NCBI GenBank assembly: GCA_051362555.1
Contig: CM120644.1
Coordinates: 814,954-878,953, forward strand
Reading direction: 5' to 3'
DNA length: 64,000 nt
Source of the DNA: Lingula anatina
Lineage: Eukaryota; Animalia; Brachiopoda
This document shows, piece by piece, positions 38,901-50,564 of this stretch (position 1 is its first letter; each line of letters opens with the position of its first letter). The notes under the pieces were generated by a model that worked only from the letters and a program-made list of their open reading frames with translations, ran no database searches and had not been told where the DNA came from. Made by a program: the position numbers and the translations under genes.

Positions 38901-40786
38901 TTATCAAGATGCTTTAATACAAACCTGATGGGTTCTCCGTCCTCACTGGGTCCTCTTGGCCAGCTTGGGCCTGGACTGAATAGAAACAGACAAATAAGCA
39001 TACCCAAAAACCTTTTTCTCTTAGGGACCAATGCTTACTGAAAACGTTCCTCACAGTAAAGAAATATACATTTACTAAGAAACAACTAACAATGTGTTGC
39101 CATATAATTTGGTGCCATGTTTTCTATTCACAAATTTACAAATTCTATCTACAGAATAGCAATTATACAAGCAGAAATGTAGCCCGTTACTTAAACTACA
39201 TCAGCAAACTTAGCCTAGCATATGATGCTATGATCATGCATTAATGGAATGAGTAACTAACCTTCTCGGTAAGGTTTCAAATGAATATAAGCCACTTTGG
39301 TTTTCAGCTCTTTCCCTTCCAGAGTCTCCAAAGTCACATTCTGTTTCTGGTCTATGCTTTTTACTCTAAAAGTAATATTATGAGAAATGTATCCAAACAA
39401 GCGGCCGTGGTACTATAGAGCTTTAATATTGCATATTTTGACATGCTGAATTTCTAGCTACATTACATTTGCCCCAACCCCCAATATAGGACCTATAAAA
39501 TTTGCATCTTAAAGCCAAAATTAAGAGATAACAATAATATATATATATATAGTACTAACTTTAAAATCATTTACAGTACTGAAAATTGTTGTTCACCCTA
39601 GGAAAATCTGCTTTTTTCATCAAAAGAAACAGTTGCTCTTAATTAAAATTGTGTAAAATGTGACAAACATGTATGCATAGAATAAGTGAACAAGTGAATT
39701 ATGATTTACCTGTATGGTCCAATCCAATCAGTCTCAAGCTTTGCACCTTTCCGCCCAACCTTATGAAAGTTTTTCTTCAGAACTTTCATTCCTTTTTCGA
39801 AGTGAAAGACTACCACATTTTTCCCTTTTTTTGCCTCATACTGTCTCTTGTATTTAGCTTGTGCCTTTTCTACTTTCTCCATGTACTGAAAATAATGATT
39901 TATAGAAATTGTATTCAATAAGGTAATACTATGTTTCGGTATTAATAGAGCAGAATTTAAAATTTTGCTGCATAAACATAAACCATGTACAAAGCCAGCA
40001 GGATAAATGAAACTAGATGCAGAATACTGCAGCTGCTGCCATCACTATTCTTTTTACAAATATTCTCAATGTTGCAATATTTTTATGAACAGATTACGTG
40101 TGACATCTTTTCTTTTCATAAACTTGTTTGAAACCAAATATTGCTCAATATAAGGGACTACTCTTTAATCTTTCATGAACCAAAAAGTCCCACATGCATA
40201 CCTTAGCGTGTAACTCAGTAAGTTCCTGGTGTTGGGATTCCATGTGCACATTATAGTCTTCTTTGCTTGGCATTGTCATTTCCTTCTCAGTATCCACCAA
40301 CTGCAAATCAGATATTAATGGATATCAATCATGTTTATCAATTAATTTAAATCTTAAGGTGACAATACACTGATTATTGTTTTGGTGAAATACAAGAATA
40401 TCACTTGTACATACATACTACAGGGCTGATATCAAAACAAAAAGATTGCAGGGACTGATACAATCATAGATGGAGTGACTGCCCATGCCGAAGATAGGCA
40501 GGAAATCAGCCAACTACTCACAGATTACCATCGACCCATGTCTCTGTCTATATATAAGCAACCACAAACCATTCATATAAATAAAAATAATTGGACGGTG
40601 ACAGCAAGTCGGCAGTAAATGTGGGGAAGTGTTCTATTCAAAAGTAGGGGTTTGGAAGGGGAACAATTTCCATTTGTATGTATGACAAATAATGCACAGT
40701 AACCTCCTCGACCAATATACAAGATGGCATGCCTTGCTGTCGCTCGGCATACTTTAATGTATATCGTGCTCATTGACAGTGCATTA

Positions 40787-41179
40787 TAGAGAATAATGAG
40801 CATACTGTAGTTTTCATTCAAAGGTAATTGCTTACCAAGAGTACTTAGTCAGATGTTAGATGTAGCCAAAGGCTATGTTGCATCAGTACTTACCTGGAGA
40901 ACATGTCATTCTCTATATGCACACTGTGTAGGCCTATATAGTGAATCCTTCAGACACTGGACTTCACCCTGATAGGAGGTGTGCAGGACTTTTTATACCT
41001 GAGGTGACTTTCATTTATTTACATATATCAGTATTTCATGATCTAGTTCTTTATTGTGTATTTCATATTTTTCCATTAATTATATTACTGAGTTTACTAA
41101 TAGTTTGTTTGTATGTATTTCAGCCTTCATTGTTTCCAGTTAATAAAGATTGGAAATTAAATAGTGTCCATCTTATCTA
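40787..41179 (+). repeat. 5' LTR (TAGA...TCTA) with TATA box 40935-40940, internal GT-AG intron 41004-41123 and AATAAA 41142-41147
   Basis: About 5 mismatches to the 3' LTR by eye. Donor GAG|GTGACT, branch-like TACTAAT 41095-41101, T-rich tract, TTTCAG| acceptor. Confidence 0.95.
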
Positions 41180-41235
41180 TGAAGGCTCAGGTATGACCAT
41201 AGTCTACCGGTAAACAGTCCATCCTACAGGCCAGC

Positions 41236-44200
41236 ATGCCAGTTGTAAAGTGCCCATTCCCAGACTGCACTTATGAGACAGAAGATGTGGCAGATACCAT
41301 TGTCAACACACTATTGACAATACATGCACAAAGCCATAATGCCACTTCCTCTCAGTCATCTACAAAGGTCAAGCTAGCATTTGTAAATTTACACTTAAAT
41401 GCCCTAACTGTGAAACAGATGTAGATTACACAGATTGCATATTAAGGGACATTTTAAGTCGTGGCATAGCCGATAATGAAATCTAGCTAGACCTGCTTGG
41501 AAATATGAACCAGAACATGGACCTTGAAGATGTGTTCAGATTTATTGAATCTAAAGAATCTGGGAAACGTTCATCAGCGACATTAAATGCTTCCGAAGGT
41601 GCCCATGCCACTAGCTCGTACAGACGCGCTCAAAGGTATGCAAAGTCTGATAAAGCTGAGATATGCAGTTACTGTGGGGAAAAAGGCCATGGTATTAAAG
41701 CACCATTTCGCACACGTCAAAAAATGTGCCCAGCATACAACCATATCTGCAAACACTGTGAACGCAGTCACCACTTCGACCACATGTGTCGCAACAAGAA
41801 CAAACCCAAGCTTGGTCCCCCATCTTCATCCAATACCAAAACACAGTCAGTAACTAATCATGGGGAATCTGCTTTTATGGAGCATAGCAATGAGTCATTT
41901 TATACGCTATGCACAATAGGTGAATTGGACCACGACCGAGCTGCAAATGCCATTGCATTAGATCACCACCTATATAATCAGCTGAATGACAAGTGGATCA
42001 AAAGTAAATCAAGACCTCAACCATACATATCATTACAAGCCACTGTATCCTCTCAAGATTATTCTGATCTTGGCTTCAATGTAGACCTTCCAACTACATC
42101 TACAATGCTCAATGTAATGGCTGACACTGGATGTCAAAGCTGTCTTGCTGGTATTAAAGCAATTCAACCCCTTCAGTTAACTGAAAAGGATCTCATTCCA
42201 GTTAAAATGAAAATGCATGCAGCAAATAACAAAGGAATTAACATTCTGGGTGCTATAATATTACGATTCTCGGGTGAAGACAAGCTTGGAAAACACCACA
42301 CAACGAGACAGATCGTCTACATCACAGACAATTCAGACAGAATATTCCTCAGCAGAGAAGCATGCGTTGACCTCGGTCTCATTTCCATTGACTTCCCTCA
42401 AGTTGGAGATGCTTGTCAAACAGCCGGTGATACAAAAAGATATGAAACAAATGCCGATTGTGAATGCCCAAAACGCCAACCTTCGCCTTCACGTCCAACA
42501 TCTATTCCTTATCCAGCAACAGAAGAAAACCGTCAGCGGCTTCAGCAATGGCTTATTGACTATTACAGATCCAGCTCTTTTAACATGTGTACCCACCAGC
42601 CACTCACAATGATGAATGGATCCCCTATGAGACTAATGGTGGACTCTGAAGCAGAACCCAAAGCATACCATACCCCTTTACCAGTACCACTACACTGGCA
42701 AGACCAAGTCAAGGCTGGCTTAGACCAAGATGTGAAACTAGGTGTTATTGAACCCGTTCCACTAGGAGAACCAGTTACAGGGTGCCATAGGATGGTCGTT
42801 TGTGCAAAGAAGAATGGCAAACTTCGCAGAACTTTTGATCTTCAAGCATTAAATGCCCATGCTAAACGTGAAACACATCATACTCAATCACCGTTTCATC
42901 AAGCAAGATCTGTTCCACAAGGTAAAAAGAAGACAGTCTTTGATGCATGGAACGGCTATCACAGCGTCCCACTTCATGAAGATGACAGACATCTCACCAC
43001 ATTCATAACACCATGGGGGCGCTATCGGTATTGCGTTGCTCCTCAAGGATATATCGCTTCTGGTGATGCCTACACCCACCGTTATGATGATATTGTTTCC
43101 AACATTCCCAGAAAAACTAAATGTGTAGATGATACTCTACTATGGGCAAGTTCTATTGAAGAAAGCTTTTGGCAAGCTGTTGAATGGTTGGATATATGTG
43201 GAAAAAATGGGATAACTTTCAACATTGATAAATTTGTATTTGCTGCAGACCAGGTGGATTTTGCTGGATTCACAATAACAATGGACAGTGTAAAACCTTG
43301 TCCTAAATACCTGCAGGCAATTACAGAATTCCCAACACCTAAAAACATCACAGATGTACGTTCTTGGTTTGGTCTCCTAAATCAGGTTTCTTATGCCTTC
43401 AGCATGGCCAATAGGATGTTACCATTTCGTGAGCTACTCAAACCTGGCACGCCTTTCAAATGGACTGAAGAATTAGATCAAATTTTTCAGGAATCCAAAC
43501 AAGTAATCATCAATGAAATAGAAGAGGGTGTCAAGATATACGACAAGAACAAAACAACTTGCCTAGCCACAGATTGGTCTTAAAGTGGAATAGGATTTTG
43601 GTTATTCCAGAAACATTGCAATTGTATAGTGGCAAAACCATTTTGCTGCAAAACGGGATGGAAAATTGTCCTTGTAGGTAGTAGATTCACACATCCTGCT
43701 GAATCCAGATATGCACCTGTGGAAGGGGAAGCACTAGCCGTGGCTTATGCTTTAGACAAAGCATATGGGATGCACTGACCTAGTGATAGCTGTTGACCAT
43801 AAGCCACTTCTCAAAATCTTTGGAGACAGATCCCTGGATGCCATATCCAACACACGTCTCAAGAACCTCAAGGAACGTACTCTCCGTTACAGGTTCCGTA
43901 TCATTCATCTTCCAGGTGCTAAGCAGAAAGCCGCAGATGCAATATCTCGTCACCCAACAGGGGAACAGCACCCACCCAAAATGCAGCTTCAAGATGATAT
44001 TTCTAGTACTGCTGAATCTTATGACTTACCTTATTCCGCTGACATCTTTCACTCTTTCATAGGAGGCATCAAACTAATGGATGGTGTAAATGATTACACT
44101 GACATTGAGGAAAATTTGATTGACTCTGCTATTTATGCCCTTGATTCCACAATTAAGTCAATTACATGGAACTAAGTTAGGCAGGCTACAGCAAGTGATG

Positions 44201-45678
44201 AAAATATGAATCAGCTACTGTCAATCATTGAGTCAGGAATCCCCAAACACCGCCATGAATTGCCACCTCCATTGCGTGAATACCACCAATTCAGGGAACA
44301 CATCTACAGTGTTGATGGTGTTATTATTTACAAGGATCGCATTATTATACCACCATGCCTTAGGGAACAAATACTTTCTGCACTTCACACTGCTCACCAA
44401 GGCATCTCATCCATGATATCCAGAGCAGAGGCTTCTGTATTCTGGACAGGTATAACTGCGGACATCACTGCTGTGCGTGCAAATTGTAACCATTGTCACC
44501 AGATTGCACCATCACAACCTTCTGCGCCACCCTACAATCCCATACCACCAAAGTATCCTTTCCAGTGCATCTGTGCAGATTTTTTCATGTTTAAGGATAC
44601 TCACTACTTGGTCAATGTTGACAGATACTCCAACTGGCCAATTGTAGAATATGCATCTGGAGGATCTAAAGGACTAATAACTAGTCTACGCCGTGCATTC
44701 TCTACTTATGGGATCCCAGAGGAATTGGCTTCCGATGGAGGCCCTGAATTCACTTCTTCTGAAACACGCAAATTCCTTGAAGATTGGGGTGTACATCACC
44801 GTTTATCATCTGTAGCATTTCCCCACAGCAATTGTCGCGCTGAAGTTGGTGTCAAAACAGTCAAACGATTGCTTATGAACAATACAGGACCAAATGGTGA
44901 GTTGGACACCAATTCAGTGCAGCGTGCAATATTACAGTACCGTAATACACCTGATCCAGATACAAAACTGTCCCCTGCAATGTGTATATTTGGAAGGCCA
45001 ATAAGGGATTTTATTCCAATACTACCAGGTCGATACGAACCACATCCTACATGGAAGTCAACATTAGCAGCACGTGAGGAAGCACTCCGTAACAGACATA
45101 TGAGATCGGCAGATCACTGGAGTGAACACACTAGACGCCTACCACCACTTGCTATTGGAGACCACGTTCGTATTCAGAATCAGACTGGTCCGCATCCAAA
45201 TAAATGGGACAAAACTGGCACTATTACTGAAGTAAAACAGTTTGACCAGTACCTGGTGAAAGTTGATGGATCTGGACGTGTGACACTACGCAATAGAAAA
45301 TTCTTAAGGAAATTCATTCCGTATGTGTCATCTCTACCTCGTCACTCTATCATTGATGACCTAAAGCACAGATTTTACATACAACAGCCTACAGTCAACA
45401 ATGACACACCTACATTCAGCAAATTACCAGAACCAGAATCTACCTTATTGAAAAATTCACATGAGTCAGTGGAGTCGGAAAAAATTGTCACCACAACTCT
45501 ACCCATAGGACCAAATGAAACTGATGGAAAGTGTAAAGAAACAGGAACACTACCTTTAACACAACCATCTCATGAAACTCCTAAAGCACTTCCAAAACCA
45601 CCACGGATGTTAACAAGACTTTTACCACACAACAAACCCGGACTAAGGAATCAAATGAAGGACTACGCAGATCTGTAA
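41236..45678 (+). pseudogene. Gypsy gag-pol, disrupted
   Basis: CPFPDC..H..H N-terminus, Cys/His knuckles, protease ADTGCQS, RT DAWNGYH and KCVDDTL, RNase H TDWS and VDHKPL, integrase [31 protein letters not shown]. Apparent gag deletion near 41370, stops near 41484 and at 43581-43583, frameshift near 43765. Confidence 0.93.
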
Positions 45679-45734
45679 GACTAAATAAAAACTAACTTTA
45701 ACCGTCTTTAATGTTTAAAAGACTGGGGGGGGCA

Positions 45735-46127
45735 TAGAGAATAATGAGCATACTGTAGTTTTCATTCAAAGGTAATTGCTTACCAAGAGTACTTAGTCAG
45801 ATGTTAGATGTAGCCAAAGGCTATGTTGCATCAGTACTTACCTGGAGAACATGTCATTCTCTATATGCACACTGTGTACGCCTATATAGTGAATCATTCA
45901 GACACTGGACTTCACCCTGATAGGAGGTGTGCAGGACTTTTTATACCTGAGGTGACTTTCATTTATTTACATATATCAGTATTTCATGATCTAGTTCTTT
46001 ATTGTGTATTTCATATTTTCCCATTTATTATATTACTGAGTTTACTAATAGTTTGTTTGTATGTATTTCAGCCTTCATTGTTTCCAGTTAATAAAGATTG
46101 GAAATCAAATAGTGTCCATCTTATCTA
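45735..46127 (+). repeat. 3' LTR, also retaining the intron (45952-46071)
   Basis: Direct repeat of 40787-41179 at offset 4948. Confidence 0.95.
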
Positions 46128-47123
46128 CATTATTTAGTACATAATATGCCAGCGAGGTCAAGATTCATCATATCTAATATCTTGAAAGTAGATTTGCATT
46201 TTATATTGAAGGGTCTTGGGTTGTTAATATTTTTTATCATAGCATAATTTGCACAAAGCTCTAGCCTTAGTCTACTCAAATAGTTTTTGGAACCAGTGCT
46301 CAAAATAAGCTCACAAGGACAGTGACGTCCTTGCACATGTATGCATATTATTTACCTCGCATGGCAGTCGAGCCTCCCTGTGGAACATAAGGAAAAATGG
46401 TGAGTATCCCGTGGCGCAGTGTGGTGCTATCCGATAGGCGAAAGTCACTGGCTCTAAATATCGTTCCCAGTCATCTTGTCGCTCACTTATGACTTTGGAT
46501 AGTGACGCCTTCAGTGTTTGATTAAAACGCTCGTCTAAGCCATTAGTCTGAGGGTGGTATGCGGCAGTCATCTTATGTTTTATACCCCACTCCTTGAGAA
46601 GGTCATCTACCAGCTACAGAAAAATATTTTATGTAAAAATGGGTATTTATGTATTTGTGCAATTCAATTTTTGCATTGGGCGATGTTAGGCTTATCTTTC
46701 CAAATACCTCATTTCAGTGATGCATTAAACAGTTAACATTAATAATACAAAAAATAATTATATTTGAGAAGAGTAGGCTTTCAATATTACATATACTTTA
46801 ACCTGATAGGTACAGAAATAGATATCACTGGTTATCAGTTACAAATTTACAGACATGCCAACAAGATTGAAGTCAATGTTCACCCTAAAACCTTTTTAAC
46901 ATTTTGACATAACATCGTCATTGGTCGTATCCTTTCCATTTCCCAATCTATGCTAAATATTGCAAAGACATTTACCTCATTACAAAATTCCGACCCCTGG
47001 TCAGTTAGTAGTTTTTCTGGGGCTCCCATTCTGAGAAAATAAAAAACATCACTTTAACTTAAGCATATAAATGTGTTAAACAACAAACGTGAAGTGTCTA
47101 GAGACATGTTTGGCAGATATTAA

Positions 47124-47432
47124 AGGGATAATGACTCTTTGCATGATATCTATATTTCACAATAAAAACATTGGGAACAACTCAAAGAAATATAATAGAT
47201 TCTGTTTTAACACAAAAACGGCAGTTATAGCTATTATTCTGACAAGCTTGTTTTCAGATCACGTGACCTTCACTGATAACTGAGATTTTAACAAAAAAAC
47301 AAACTTTTAAGAAAAAAAGGGGACTAACTTTGAATGTAAAAATTGATTCATTGACCTTTGGTAAGTATGGAAAAATTGTTGTTTACTCAAGGAAAATCCA
47401 TTTTTTGGCCAAAAGGAAGAGTTAATATCCCT
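47124..47432. mobile_element. Kolobok-like MITE with TTAA flanks (inverted copy of 6869-7205)
   Basis: TTAA|AGGGATAATGACTCTT ... AAGAGTTAATATCCCT|TTAA. Confidence 0.75.
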
Positions 47433-48333
47433 TTAAGTTAATACCACCTATTAAACTTATTTTGTTTATTACTATCTTTACTACCTTCCACAGATTTCCA
47501 GTCCATGAACCAAATATGTGATTCATACATTTAATATGTTTTGGCACTTCAACTTAACAATGTAACATATGCACAAAGCTATTTGTCACTTGCAAGAATG
47601 TCAATAGCATAGTGATACAAATTACTGTTAAATATATAGACTTTCAAATGAATAAAATTTAACTTACAACTATAAGTGTATTTTAATTAAAATGATTTAC
47701 TGATTTCACATTTAATCTCCCAGATTACATTTTGGTGAAATTAACATACCTGTAAAATATAGAAGAAAGAACCTTGACCACACTTGCTGCATCCTTTGAA
47801 GGAATTGGGTACATTTCTGTCCACTTTGTATAGTAGTCAGACATGGTGAGGACATACCTATTGCCATTCTCAGACAATGGCAGAGGGCCTATTAGGTCAA
47901 TGCCAACCATCTCCCATTTCCCAACAACCTTTATCGGCTGCAAGACTGGCGCCTCTGTTCTTATTTTCTCTGAATACTGACATTTGTCGCACATTTTTAT
48001 CTGCAAAATGCAATAAAATGCACATATATTACAAATAATGAATTGGTGGCTCATGCCAATCAAATTGGAATAATCAATCTTGTAGGACATCGTGTTAGGG
48101 AGGTTGGCAAACCAATTAGAATCGAAATCCAACAAATAGAAAGTTTGTCTTTAGGTTAAATTTGCACATTTTGCTTTAGCATTTTTTCACCCAACACACC
48201 ACTTGTGTTAAATTAATTTTATGTTACAAATTCAAATCATATAAACTCTTTTTCTCCTTTTCCAAACAAGACAGGTCTAAAAAAGTGTTACCCAAAATCA
48301 CCAATACTTCTTTTATAAAGATCAATCTACATA

Positions 48334-49369
48334 CTCTGAAGTATCAAATAAACGTACCGGTACGTTAATTAATTTTCCAAATTTCTTCCCGCCGGTACGC
48401 TCCATTTTCACCCAGTACGCTTATTAATTTTTCAAAAATCTTCCACCCGGTATGTTTATTAAATATATATTGTACCGGTGGGAAATTACACAAGTACAAG
48501 TCACGCTTTTTATTTTCTTAAATTGAAGTATAATGAGAAGAAAATTGAGATCTCAACTCATTACCGACTGTTCTACCAACAGCACTGGAAAGTAGGTCAA
48601 GCGGAAGTCGCTCTCTGAACACAACAGTACATGCGTCACCTGATTTCAGTTCCTATAAATAGACGTGCTTTCCCTTCAACAGTGACAACTACTCATGTAC
48701 ATCGATCGAATGATGCAATGTCGCAAGGTGATAGGATCATATTTATAGCTAAGGAGGTCATTTCAAGTGCAGCAAAGAAGTTGTGCCTGTTTTCAAACGT
48801 CAATTATTTCATGCCGATTTATGATTTAAACGATGTTAAATCACATTTCTATGTAAGATAAACCCTTAGGAGTTTACAGGTATGCAAAACGAACCTTATA
48901 TCTGAGAATAAATTTACTATGAATAACGTCTCCGTATGGCTCTCGGAGGCGGCTTAAAGGTGCGACATATCTGGGTCTTCGGCCCCTGACGATTATGAAA
49001 TTTAACTCATGGCAAATATATATATATATTTTTAAAATAAATTAGATATCCCGTTTTTAAGATAAATTATAATACTGAGTGAATTTTACCTGGTTTTTTT
49101 TTTTTTTTTACAATGATCAATAGCTAGCTTTTTTCTTTCTCTTCTTCTTCTTTACTTTTATTTATTTATTTCATTTTTTTTTGGGGGGGGGGGGGGAGTG
49201 GTGCAAAGGTTTTTTTCCACCCAGTACTTTTATTCCATCCAGTACTTTTATTAAATTTCGAGATTTTTTACACCCAGTACTTTTATTCCATCAGTACTTT
49301 TATTAAATTTTGAGATTTTTTCCACCCAGTACTTTTATTCCATCAGTTCTTTTATTCGATACTTAAGAG
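48334..49369. mobile_element. TA-flanked non-autonomous TIR element in Ginger1 intron 2
   Basis: TA|CTCTGAAGTATCAAATAAACGTAC ... GTTCTTTTATTCGATACTTAAGAG|TA, with subterminal CCAGTAC..TTATT repeats. Confidence 0.75.
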
Positions 49370-50564
49370 TACCCAATTGTTGATGCATGTAGCCATGCTT
49401 CTCCAATAAAAACGGCTCTCTATTTTCCCCAGGGTCTTCTTCTGCCCAAAATGGCCTCCCATAGGAGAATCGTGACAAGATGTCCTCCTTTTTTTCATCA
49501 TCAAACACTACTAGTCTCTTTCCACCATTCTTGATGTAATACATATCTGACCCTGAAAATAAAGAAAAAAACTCAATTCTACTATTAACAAGATAACTGA
49601 AGATTTTCGGTCTGAAAAAATACCAACTTAAAATGGTGCACATTTGTCAATACCAGTACTTTGTGGATAAACAGAAAACAGAAACTATGGGATATACGAG
49701 CAACCAAGCTGCTATGATGAACCTTTTCATCAGAAATATTTGTTTCTGTTTCATGTTCAGAAATGAAAATTGCCTTAATTGGACACCAAATGCATAGTGA
49801 ACATGCAACAAAAGGCACCAGTTTGTTTTAACTGCAAAGTTTACTAGATATAAATTTTAGATTTCATAGATTAATATTATATTATATTTCAATGTACTTT
49901 TTTCAATTTCTCACAGATTTTAATTTATTTCATACCACAGGCTAAACTTGTTAATGATAGGGAATTAGGTCATGCTTATAACCTATCAAAATAACAGAAC
50001 GGGTATTCCAAAAGAAAGTTACATTTGCATATTAAACCACAATTCATACAAGTGAAAAAAACGTCACCCTCTTACCTTCGCATATAAAATTCTTGGCCAT
50101 CCTTTTAACTGATGCGTTGTGGTTGGCACTCCAAGTAGCATCTCCTTTCCTCTCCTGTAGATATTGAAACACATCCTCTAGATCAACTAAGCTGCGTTCT
50201 GCCATGACTGAAAGTAGTATGAGTAACAAGAACTCTGTAAAACAGATTCTGGTAAAATCCAACACTCCTGAAGACAGTAGGTGAATTAGTGACAAGAAGT
50301 CTCAAAATGCACTCCTTTTATACAGACTGAGAGCAGGTCTTTCATCTGATAAAAATGATTGACAGTCACTGGAGATAGCTAGGGCATAATTATAAGTAAC
50401 TGAACTTCACCACTTCAACTGGACAATGCAAGAAGCCATTCAATTTTGCTTATCATCATCTAAAGATATCCTTTAAAATCACCTGGTAAATGTCACCTGG
50501 ATTTGATGAAAAAAGTGAAATGAATAAAGGGAACCGGAGAAGATCAGCATTGGTCAGAATTGTG

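Larger units (their letters stand above)
40787..46127 (+). mobile_element. Full-length but defective Ty3/Gypsy LTR retrotransposon, antisense in intron 5 of the Ginger1 gene
   Basis: Two 393-bp LTRs, 5-bp TSD CATTA (40782-40786 and 46128-46132), G-rich PPT at about 45721-45734, and gag-PR-RT-RH-IN order. Confidence 0.97.
36822..50205 (-). pseudogene. Ginger1 transposase, HHCC-DDE integrase-GPY/F-linker-Ulp1-like protease-PHD, about 755 aa; exons 50205-50076, 49552-49373, 48000-47750, 47030-46976, 46613-46356, 40300-40202, 39885-39710, 39365-39262, 38975-38925, 38558-38505, 38126-38058, 37663-36822
   Basis: HD..GGHFG...FYW...W|IKMCDKCQ, GIDLIGP, TDQGSEF, YHPQTNGLDERFNQT, WIGPY, HLKPY. Then NSHW / VYDS / QTGGNDCGLFAIA (C48-like triad) and CHC...WIECDDCLQWFHVRC...WECRNC. 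All 11 introns are GT-AG with compatible phases except one frameshift in exon 2 near 49475. TATAAAAG on the - strand at 50315-50322. Confidence 0.85.

Noticed and set aside
41180-41205. PBS matching the 5S rRNA 5' end or a tRNA-Trp(UCA) fragment
   Set aside because: Only partial, mismatched similarity from memory, and not at a usable 3' end. The spliced-LTR match is longer and exact, though a database search is still needed.
46311-48135. A second LTR retrotransposon integrase
   Set aside because: These fragments are spliced exons with no RT, gag or LTRs; they belong to the Ginger1 transposase.
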